This document shows, piece after piece, positions 32,905 to 44,500 of a stretch of 64,000 nt of DNA. The position numbers and the translations under genes were made by a program. Source of the stretch: Candidatus Omnitrophota bacterium (lineage in GTDB: Bacteria > Omnitrophota > Gorgyraeia > Zapsychrales > Zapsychraceae); contig JANQMA010000017.1 in assembly GCA_028280285.1 (NCBI GenBank), positions 993-64,992 on the forward strand, in the 5' to 3' direction. Below the pieces are notes generated by a model. That model saw nothing but the letters and a program-made list of their open reading frames with translations, ran no database searches and was not told the origin of the DNA. The stretch's first letter is position 1. Every line of letters begins with the position of its first letter.

Positions 32905-32973
32905 ACTTTGGTACTTAGTACATGGGCCCTGGGACTTGGGTTTACCAAGTCCTAAGTCCCAAGTTCTAAGTCC
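32905..32973. repeat. heptamer-arm IR, GGACTT/AAGTCC family, in the groESL leader
   Basis: TTGGTAC TTAGTAC ATGGGCC CTGGGAC TTGGG ... CCAAGT CCTAAGT CCCAAGT TCTAAGT CC. Confidence 0.85.
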
Positions 32974-33026
32974 AGTTCACCCATTACAGACCAAAATTAT
33001 TTCCAAAATAAGAAGGAGGAAGTAAA

Positions 33027-33314
33027 GTGAAAATCAAACCATTAGGAGACAGAGTATTAATCGAGCCTTTCGCGGCGGAAGAAATTACGGCGGGTGGCAT
33101 TGTTTTGCCTGATACGGCAAAAGAAAAACGTGCTGAAGGTAAAGTGATTGCTGTCGGCGCAGGGAAAACAACAGAAGACGGAAAAACAGTTCCTGTTGCA
33201 GTGAAGGTTGGCGATAAAGTGATTTACAGCCAATACGGCGGTAATGAAATTAAAGCCGATGGTAAAGATTTATTGATCGTCCGTGAAGATGATATCTACG
33301 CAGTAGTAGGTTAA
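33027..33314 (+). CDS. groES: co-chaperonin GroES
   Basis: [22 protein letters not shown]; SD AAGGAGG, GTG start. Confidence 0.98.
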   Translation: MKIKPLGDRVLIEPFAAEEITAGGIVLPDTAKEKRAEGKVIAVGAGKTTEDGKTVPVAVKVGDKVIYSQYGGNEIKADGKDLLIVREDDIYAVVG

Positions 33315-33322
33315 TTATATAA

Positions 33323-34987
<1,665 letters not shown>

Positions 34988-35013
34988 TTCCTTGCGCAGG
35001 AAATAGATAAATG

Positions 35014-35083
35014 GTGGTCTGTGTTCTGTGGTCTGTGTTCAGTTAAATGAACGACTGATCACAGATCACGGACCACAGATCAC
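35014..35083. repeat. heptamer-arm IR, GTGGTC family
   Basis: GTGGTCT GTGTTCT GTGGTCT GTGTTCA GT ... ACT GATCACA GATCACG GACCACA GATCAC. Confidence 0.9.
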
Positions 35084-35093
35084 ATAATATCAC

Positions 35094-35126
35094 TAAAACC
35101 AGTCATTCTCGTGGCTGGTTTTATTT
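35094..35126 (+). terminator. groESL intrinsic terminator
   Basis: TAAAACCAGTCA-TTCTCG-TGGCTGGTTTTATTT. Confidence 0.7.
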
Positions 35127-35242
35127 ATATATTGACTTTTCAAAAAAATACGGTATCATATATGCTTATAATTTAGACTTAGGTTTTCTCTATATTAGAG
35201 ACTTAAGTTTATATATATCAATGGTTTAGAAAGGATTCACCC

Positions 35243-36403
35243 ATGGCCGAATGGATCGGCATTGATCGCCGGGCAAGGCGTTGTTACGGATTTGATGAAG
35301 TTTCGCTTGTCCCGGGCATGACCAGTATCAACCCGAACGAAGTTGATACCAGCTGTGAGATTGCGGGTATTAAATTCAAGGTTCCGATTCTGGCGGCGGC
35401 TATGGATGGTGTGGTCGATGTCAAATTTGCGATCGCTATGGGCAAACTTGGCGGCATCGCCGTTCTCAATCTGGACGGCGTGCAGACACGCTATGCTGAT
35501 CCCAATGAAATTTTGGGTGAAATCGTTGAGGCAACACCCGAAAAGGCCACAGAACTTCTTCAAAAGCTTTATCAACCAAAAGTCAAAACAGATTTAATCG
35601 CCAAGCGTGTCGAGGAAATTAAAAAAGCTAAGGTGCCGGCGGTTGTCAGCTGTATTCCTCAAAACGCCGAGAAGTTTTCTAAAATCGCGGCAGAGGCCGG
35701 AGCGGATTTATTTATCGTCCAGTCACAAGTATCATCCCCAACACATATCTCGACGGAATACAAGGTTGTTGATTACGGAAAATTATGCAAGGCAAGCAGT
35801 GTGCCGATTGCTATCGGTAATGCGGTTACCTATAAAATGTCACTCGAGTTGATGGAGCTTGGGGCCAGCGCGATTCTCATCGGTGTCGGGCCGGGTGCGG
35901 CGTGTACAACACGCGGTGTTTTAGGTATCGGTGTTCCGCAAATTACAGCGACGGTGGATTCGGCTGCGGCACGCGATCATTTTTATAAAAAGACAGGGAA
36001 ATACGTTCCGATTATCACCGACGGCGGTATGCGTATCGGTGGGGAGATTTGTAAAGCGTTTGCGTCGGGGGCTGACTCTGTTATGGTCGGCTCAGCGTTT
36101 GCACGGGCCGAAGAAGCGCCGGGACGCGGCTATCATTGGGGTATGGCCACATCGCATGCGAACCTGCCGCGCGGCACACGTATTTATGTGGGGACAACCG
36201 GAACAGTGGAAGAGATTTTATTTGGCCCGGCCAAGGTGGATGACGGGTCGCAGAATTTGGTTGGGGCGCTTCAGACATCCATGGGATCTTTAGGGGCAGC
36301 CAACATCAAAGCAATGCATGATGTGGAAATGATTATTGCACCATCCATACAGACCGAGGGAAAAGTTTTCCAAAAAGGTCAAGGCGTTGGGATGGGCAAG
36401 TAA
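35243..36403 (+). CDS. GuaB3-family IMP dehydrogenase-related protein
   Basis: [28 protein letters not shown] (catalytic Cys), DGG, HWGMATS; no CBS domain. Confidence 0.92.
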   Translation: MAEWIGIDRRARRCYGFDEVSLVPGMTSINPNEVDTSCEIAGIKFKVPILAAAMDGVVDVKFAIAMGKLGGIAVLNLDGVQTRYADPNEILGEIVEATPEKATELLQKLYQPKVKTDLIAKRVEEIKKAKVPAVVSCIPQNAEKFSKIAAEAGADLFIVQSQVSSPTHISTEYKVVDYGKLCKASSVPIAIGNAVTYKMSLELMELGASAILIGVGPGAACTTRGVLGIGVPQITATVDSAAARDHFYKKTGKYVPIITDGGMRIGGEICKAFASGADSVMVGSAFARAEEAPGRGYHWGMATSHANLPRGTRIYVGTTGTVEEILFGPAKVDDGSQNLVGALQTSMGSLGAANIKAMHDVEMIIAPSIQTEGKVFQKGQGVGMGK

Positions 36404-36422
36404 AATACAAACAGGTGGTAAA

Positions 36423-38273
36423 ATGGTAAAAAAAGCGACAAAGAAAAAGGCAGTAAAAGCAAAAAAGGCTGTAAAAACCAAAGCAGCTAAACGGACAGCA
36501 GCCAAAAAGGTAGCGCCAAAGAAGACGGTTAAGACGGTAGCGAAGAAAAAAGCGGTTAAGAAGGCAGCGAAAAAGGTGGCAAAGAAGGCGCCGGCTAAAA
36601 AAACAAAACAAAAATCCGTCTCAGGTCTTAAGACACGTTTCCGTGTTAATCCTAAAAAGCGCATTGGAAAACTGCCAAAACTCAAATCCGTTAAGTCGCG
36701 TATCGGAACAACGATTAAGATTCGCAAGATCCGCAATAAAGATGTAATTATCATTCTTGATTTTGGTTCGCAATACACACAACTGATTGCCCGTCGTATT
36801 CGCGAGAATAAAGTTTATTCCAAAATCGTTCCTTATAATATTACACCGGAAGAAATACAAGAAATAAAACCAAAGGGGATTATTCTTTCCGGGGGGCCAA
36901 TTAGTGTTTATGACGAGAATGCCCCGCGTCCTAATCCGGGGATCTTTGAACTTGATTTGCCTGTACTTGGTATTTGCTACGGCATGCAGGTGATTACAGA
37001 GATGTTTAACGGTAAGGTTAAGAAAAGTGCCGAGCGGGAGTTTGGCCGCGCCGAGCTTTTTATCGACAGTAATAAAGATCTATTCCAAAATCTGCCGTCG
37101 AATTTGACATGCTGGATGAGCCATAGCGATGAGCTTAAGAAAATGCCAGACGGGTTTGTTAAGCTGGCGCATACGCTTAATGCAGATTGTGCGGCCTTTG
37201 CCAATCGCCGTAAAAAGATTTATGGTGTTCAGTTTCATCCGGAAGTTGTGCATACACAACGCGGCGAGCAAATCCTCAACAACTTTGTTTTTTCTATTTG
37301 TGGATCGCTGCCTCGCTGGACCATGGACCGTTTTATTAATGCAACGGTTAAACAGATTAAAGAAAAGGTAGGCAATAAAAAAGTCGTGCTTGGTTTAAGC
37401 GGCGGGGTGGATTCATCGGTGGCGGCTGTTCTGTTGCAAAGGGCCATTGGTAAAAAGCTGTATTGTATTTTTGTCGACAATGGATTATTGCGTAAAGGCG
37501 AGGTGGAGAAGGTCACCAAGACGTTTAAAGAGAACTTTAAAATGAATTTAACGGTGGCCAATGCCGAGAAAGGATTTTTAAAACGTCTGGCGGGCATCGA
37601 AGATCCGGAAGAAAAACGCAAAATTATCGGCGATGAATTTGTTAAAGTTTTTCTTGAAAAATCCAAGCGCGTTAAAAACGTTGGGTTTCTCGGGCAAGGT
37701 ACTTTGTATCCGGATGTGATTGAGTCGATTTCACCGACGGGCGGACCTTCGGCGGTCATCAAATCGCATCATAATGTTGGCGGTCTGCCGAAAGATTTAA
37801 AGCTCGAGTTAATCGAGCCTTTCCGTGAGTTGTTTAAAGATGAAGTACGTGCCATCGGTAAAAAAATCGATGTGCCGGAGTCCATCATTAATCGTCAACC
37901 GTTTCCAGGCCCCGGGCTTGCTGTCCGTATTCTCGGCGAGGTCACCAAAGAGCGTCTTGATATTCTGCGTGAGGCTGATCAGCGGTTCCTCGATGAGATT
38001 AAAAAGGCTGGACTTTACGATGAGATCTGGCAGGCCTTTGCCGTGCTTCTGCCGGTTAAGACAGTCGGGGTGATGGGGGATCAACGTACGTATGAAAATG
38101 TGATTGCGCTGCGCGCGGTCACATCGGTCGACGGGATGACAGCTGACTGGGCGCAGATTCCGCATGAAACACTTGCCAAAGTTTCCAACCGCATTATCAA
38201 TGAAGTGCCCGGTGTCAACCGTGTGGTCTATGATATCAGCTCCAAACCACCAGCGACGATTGAGTGGGAGTAA
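36423..38273 (+). CDS. guaA: GMP synthase with N-terminal histone-H1-like Lys/Ala-rich extension
   Basis: [42 protein letters not shown]; ATG 36423 after an AGGTGG SD. Confidence 0.96.
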   Translation: MVKKATKKKAVKAKKAVKTKAAKRTAAKKVAPKKTVKTVAKKKAVKKAAKKVAKKAPAKKTKQKSVSGLKTRFRVNPKKRIGKLPKLKSVKSRIGTTIKIRKIRNKDVIIILDFGSQYTQLIARRIRENKVYSKIVPYNITPEEIQEIKPKGIILSGGPISVYDENAPRPNPGIFELDLPVLGICYGMQVITEMFNGKVKKSAEREFGRAELFIDSNKDLFQNLPSNLTCWMSHSDELKKMPDGFVKLAHTLNADCAAFANRRKKIYGVQFHPEVVHTQRGEQILNNFVFSICGSLPRWTMDRFINATVKQIKEKVGNKKVVLGLSGGVDSSVAAVLLQRAIGKKLYCIFVDNGLLRKGEVEKVTKTFKENFKMNLTVANAEKGFLKRLAGIEDPEEKRKIIGDEFVKVFLEKSKRVKNVGFLGQGTLYPDVIESISPTGGPSAVIKSHHNVGGLPKDLKLELIEPFRELFKDEVRAIGKKIDVPESIINRQPFPGPGLAVRILGEVTKERLDILREADQRFLDEIKKAGLYDEIWQAFAVLLPVKTVGVMGDQRTYENVIALRAVTSVDGMTADWAQIPHETLAKVSNRIINEVPGVNRVVYDISSKPPATIEWE

Positions 38274-38274
38274 C

Positions 38275-38334
38275 TTAGTGAACAGTGAACAGAAGGGGAA
38301 TACTTCTATTCACTAGCTGTTCCCTGTTCCCTAA
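38275..38334. repeat. heptamer-arm IR, GTGAACA/TGTTCCC family
   Basis: TTAGTGAACAGTGAACAG ... CTGTTCCCTGTTCCCTAA. Confidence 0.75.
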
Positions 38335-38396
38335 CACATCTCTTTTCCCATCCCATTATTTTTTGCATTAATATTAATATATGTAATACTTGCAAT

Positions 38397-38496
38397 ATTA
38401 ATGAGCATTTAATTTACACGACCATAAGGAAGTGTAAATTAGAAATGCGAATTAATCCCGAGTTGCTCTCGCTAAATGTCTGCAACGAGGGATCTT
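38397..38496 (+). repeat. double-hairpin tandem-GA element, copy A
   Basis: Two hairpins with GA/GA internal mismatches, homologous to 27492-27593(-). Confidence 0.8.
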
Positions 38497-38519
38497 ACAA
38501 TCAATAAGGATTAATATTC

Positions 38520-41500
38520 GTGAAACGCACTCACTGGACATATAGATGCATTGCACTTGTCGTAAGCTGTTTATTTACAGTTACTTCGATAAATCCCGTC
38601 TATGCCCAGATGCAACCTACCCAGGCCATTGCTCCTAAACCATTGCCTTTAAATGTGTTAAGTCAACCCTATGAACCGATTTTGATCAAAGGCCTTAAGG
38701 TCAATCAGACCAATCCATTTGAGATGGAGTTTATTGTAAGTGATCCGTGGTCCGTGGTCCGTGGTCAGCGGAATACTGATCACAGACCACAGAGCACAGA
38801 CCACCTAGAGCAGGAGTCTACTCAATTAATTAAATACTTCCTTGCCGCTTTAACCACTCCCGAGCAAGACATGTGGGTCAACCTATCCCCGTATGAGAAG
38901 AATCGGATTATTCCAGAGTCATTTGGTCGGACAGAAATGGGACGGGAGCTGCTTGTACAGGACTATCTTTTAAAACAGGTTACAGCATCATTGCTTCATC
39001 CGGATGGGGAGTATGGACAAGAGTTTTGGAGTAAAATAGCAACCCAAACATCGGAGGACATACCATTAGAATTATTCAATAAGGTCTGGATCATGCCGGA
39101 TAAAGCGGTGGTGTATGAGAATGAAGGGATAGCGTATGTGGTAGAGGCGAGTCTTAAGGTTATGTTGGAGGAAGATTACCTTGCGCAGCAAAAGAGTGGT
39201 CCGTGGTCCGTGGTCAGTGATCTGTCAAAAAATACGACCACAGATCACAGAACACAGACCACACAAATCATTCGTGAAACAATCATTCCCGCTATCGAAA
39301 CCGAGGTCAACAATAGCAAGAATTTCGCCAAGCTCCGCCAGATCTATCACAGCCTCATCCTGGCGACATGGTACAAGAAAAAGATGCAAAACGCGATTTT
39401 AACCCAAGTCTATGCCGATCAAAACAAGACTAATGGTGTAAGCCACAATGATCCTAAAGCAGCTGAAAAAATCTGGCAAGAGTACACCAAGACATTTAAA
39501 GAAGGGGCGTATAACTTTATCAAAGAAGAATACGATCCACAGACTCAGCAAATCGTTCCACGGAAGTATTTCAGCGGGGGGATGGCGATGGAGGTTGTGC
39601 TATCAGAACCGGCAGCGCTTACATCACAACAACAAGAGACTATTCCCGACAACGCCTACCTCGTCCGTGTTGCGTTAAACGAATTGACTCCCGATTCTGA
39701 TAGCGCGGCAATGGTTAAGAAAAAATCAGCGGATGATTTTAAATATAATGTCAATATAAGGACCCCCAAATTACAGGATCAACTCCCAGGGTTAGCAAAA
39801 AAACGGGAACAGACAAAGAAGGCACTTATTGGTTATTTCAATCAAATGATACATCATAATCCATTTGAAATGCCGAAATTTAATGTGAATTATAATCGAA
39901 TCATGCATTTACTACGACATATGATAGGGTTTGATGCTATTGGATTCTCATTTTCTGAACAAGATCCTGATGGCTTTATTACAAAAGCTGCGGTTTCTAA
40001 TGTGCTTATCCCTTTAATTGAACAAACAAAATTTCCTTTGTCTGTTGACCGTATGACACAATTTGTATTAGAGGCAAATTTAGATAATGAACGTCAGTTT
40101 AAATATATCGAAGCGCTTAATGATTTTAAAGTTTTTGCTACTTCTTATTCGGAAGGCGCCGAAAACGCAGCGTTGACAGCGCCCGCTCCCGACCCCGCCG
40201 TGATGACGCAAGAGGAACAACTTTCTATCGATCCGGCATCACTTGCTGAGTTAGCATTGGCTATGACTGAAAAGGATGTTCAAGATATCGCTGAAGTAGC
40301 CCGGTTGATAAAACAGAACTCCGATCATTATGCAAAAATATTGCTCAAAGAATATAACCAAACCAAAGACCAATTCAAAAATCGAGAAGAAATAATAAAG
40401 ATTGACGCTGTTGTAGACGATCCGACAATCCAGAAATTAATAAAAATATTTAAACGGATAAGCCGTAAAACAGGGAAAGAAAACAGCCGTAATGTTTCGC
40501 GTAGTTTAATGGGCTTAATTTATTTCTATAAATATATAACATATTTATATAAGCCCAAATATCAAATGGATGTTATAAGTGACATATCATTAAATATACT
40601 TTTGGGGGATATAATTAGGGAAAGCAATACTAAGAGAGGCCTTAAATCTTCCACCATTCCTATAGAAGATCAAATGCGCAATGTTGTTTTAGATTTTGCC
40701 GATAATTTAGGCAATTTGGTTGGGCGGATCAATGCACTGCCAAAAGCGAACACTACAGAGTTTGCACAAGTGTGGGCCTCTATGATTAATGAGGATAATT
40801 TTACCAGGGCAGATCTTTATCAGAACATAAAATCTTTTGGCAGGGTTTTAGAAGCGCGACGCGGGCGTTTTTTAACATTCTTAAGAGCAGACCGCAGCTT
40901 AACACGTGAAGCAAAAGAAACGTTGATTCTAAAAGCGCTTGCAATGAATCAAGAAGGGAAGGATCCAAAGGCAATTGTGGATGAATTAATGCAAGTGTGG
41001 ATTCCTCAATTTAAACGCAGTGAAGCAATATATGGTGTGCTAAGGATGACCGGCTGGGAATCAGAAATTCATAGATACCAATGGGGTGAATATGCAAAAT
41101 ATGCCCCTTTTCCTGTTCGGGAAATCACCAATGTCTACCGGGATATTGTTGGTATGCATTTAGATCCTCATATTTCCTCACATGATTGGACAGAGTATGT
41201 CGGACGTCCGGCACTCTCCTGGTTTGTTCAGTGGAAAAAAATAGAAGCCATGACTCAATTGAGTTTTATACCACTTGAAGATCCGGATGGTAATTTGATT
41301 TACAATGATTTGCAGGTTAATGGGGTTATCCCCGAGGAAATTTTAAAACTTGTTTATAAGGACGTTCATCCGCTGGCAACTATTTCCGGTACAGAAGATA
41401 AAAAGTGGAGGACGGAACGATGGCAGTTATATAAGGGCCATTACTATCCACCACTCGAAAGTGAATGGATAGAGTTTGTCAAAATGCTGCTCTATTCCTC

Positions 41501-44500
41501 CCAAAATCGCTTGAAGAGTAGACGAGGCAATCATGATGCTGTCATTGTAAAGCACGCTTATAATTTAAAAATAGGCAACCTTCGTTATGATCTGTATCAG
41601 TCAAATAATTTATGGAGGCTGCAGTATCCGTATGGAGATATATCTGATCTTCCATTTTCTGATTATGGGAAGAGCCTGCAGACAGCACAAGTTCTACATG
41701 GCTTGATGATGCATCATCTTGTTGTTAAGTATGGTCTCATTAATAATGCTCCGGCTGAACATCATGATTTTATTATGCGTTTATCTGATATGTGGCAAAG
41801 TTTTGAAAACGATCTTGAGGAAACTCTTCAAAACCGGGGTTATACGCGAGAGAATTTGCGTTTGCATGTTTTGTCGAATGCTCATGGAGTCGATGGTATT
41901 AAATATCTTAGGGAATTGTTTATTAATCGTATATTTCGATTACGTGAAAAGAAAGTTACTGAGGAAATACGTAATCTTGTCGAGTCGACCCTCACTGAAG
42001 TGGATGATGTTTTAACGGAAGAATATGAAAAGAGAAAGGACGTCGAAAACGCGGCATTGATTAAACAGCGTCCAGCGTTGAGCGTAGAGCGTATAGCGGA
42101 TAGTGATATTAATCTAACCGCTAAACGCCATCCGCTAGACACTAAAACCGACCCCGCCGCGATGGTGAAACAAAATTTGGCGAACATTGACCAAAATATT
42201 TATGAGGATATTGTAGACCATCTTCTATGGCATAAGCCAAATGTGATTGTAAAAGATCATTATCGCGATATTTTAGCGCGGTTTATTCACGATAATAGAA
42301 AAAAAGAAAAAAAATTCTGGTCTCGTGAGGGTAAAAAAATATTTTCCAAAGAGCAGGTGCGCACTTTATTGGAATCTTGGCCCGGAAATAATATGCAATA
42401 TAAAGCACATGTTAATTCTTCGGGGAATAGAGAAATATCAATCATATTGCATCAAAAAATTAAACCGACTTTTACTATTGATCTTACATTTAAGAGAGAC
42501 GGACAGGTTAAGCTAGGTAAACAGTTTAAATCGCATCAAAACTATATAGTGGATAGATTAGAAGAGAGTTATGGGATCGACCGTATTGAAGCCCGTGTGA
42601 TTGCACAAATAGCACGTCGTTATTGGTTTAAAAGTGTTTTTATCCCTATGCTGCGCGAGATGGAAATTGACCATCTGCATGGTAAAAAAATAGATGAAAA
42701 ATCAACATTTTTCGCAGAGATGGGTTTTAAAGACGGTGTTTTATCTGTCGACCCCGCCGCGATGGCGGAGCAGGAGCAAGAGTCCAAAAAAGATCAATCC
42801 GCTCCGGTGTCTTTCAATGTTGGCGATGAATTGAGGAGGATTTATCATAATACAACACGTCCTAAAATTTTCAAAGTAGAAAAATGGCCTGGGCAGGCTA
42901 TACAACTACGAATGGAAGAGGATCCTCTTCCACGAGATAAACCGCCTAATTCTATTACTGATGAGGATTTGACATATCGCATATACGCATCGGTCACACA
43001 TGGGAAATCCGCGTTCTACTATCCTGTAGCGATGCGTTCGGGTATTTTTTACAAAAATGATATTGTTGATTTAACAAAAGGCTGGCAAATTACTTATAAT
43101 TACCCGGCCGTCTATAAGCTTATTCAAAACTACCGAGATAAGAATGGATATGCAAGTTATTTGGAGGCGATTGATCATCTATTAGAAAACGATGAAGAAA
43201 CCCGTAAATATGAGAAACATTTAATTAACCAAATCATTTCTTTGTTTCCGATTTTGCAAATTTTTTATGGGTTTTCATCAGATGAGCAAGTGGATGAGTA
43301 TTTTAACCAGGCCCCTCAACAATTAGAAAATAAAGGTATTGCCTCGGCTTTACTTGAATATTTAGGAAGTTATTTACCGGTTGGAACAAAAGTCAAAATT
43401 ATCGGAGCGAATCGGCCGACCGTAGAAGCTCTTAATAAGGGAACGGTATTTGAAGATACATTGCTCGGGAAAATGTATACGCGTATCGGATTTAAAGTTT
43501 TATCTATTGAACAAAAAGACGGACAAAATCCAATTGTTGTTTTCCAGAAGACAAAAAATGTAAAACCACGCGCTAAGTGGAAAGATGTAACGAAGTTAGG
43601 AGGTCACGTTTTATCCGTAGAGAGCGGTGTCGTTTCTGATTCCGAAGGTGTCGAAAACGCTGCATTGAGCAAAGTTGTCCCTGACTCTGCCGTAATGGTC
43701 GGTTTGAAAACGGATCCAATAGAGTTATCCATGGTGGAAGAAAACTATATTAGACTTTTAATAGAAAATAATTACCAGAAACAAACTTTTCAGGTGATGA
43801 TTAACGATATTAAAGATCCTGATCGAATTCACCAGCTTATGACGGAAGTCTTAAAGCGAAAAGGGTATTATCGACCAGAGATCAATAATTTTAATGATAG
43901 AAGTAGGTTTCCTTTGGAGGTTCCAGGTGATAGAGGGCTTATTTTAACGTCTATGGGTGATGGTAATGAAGATATTTTAAGATTTACGGTTGAAAGTAAT
44001 AATGTGATTATGTGGAAGCGTCCTAAAATTGGTGGTTCAAAATTGGGTGTTGCACCGGTTGCCTATGTTTGGTGGGCAACTCATCCAGAAATTAGAAAAG
44101 AGTTGTCCGGGAAGCCAATGAAGGGGTATAAGGCAGATTATAGGCAGGGGAGGGCTCTTGAAAAAGCATGGATTTTTAAAATTGCCTTACCCGATGGAGC
44201 TAAAGATTGGAACAAATATGATTATTCAGGTTCTTTTCCTGTTTGGCAAAAAGATTTAAAACAAAACGTCGAAAACGCGGCGTTGACAGAGCCTGCTCCC
44301 GATCCCGCCGCGATGGCGAAGCAGGAATTTGAACGGACTGATTCAGCGGTAGTTGCAGATCAGGAAGGACAATATATTATCCCTGGTTTTGATATTATAA
44401 AATATTCGGTTGATTCTTATGATCAAGAAAATCGAGAAGCAAGAGAAAGTCGAGAGGCAAGATATGAATTGAATGATTGGCAAGAAGGTGTTGTATTGGC

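Noticed and set aside
38397-38496. Hammerhead ribozyme (ATGAG...CGAA resemblance)
   Set aside because: The CUGANGA core and GAAA-stem III-UH arrangement are absent; the GA steps are explained as tandem mismatches within a stem.
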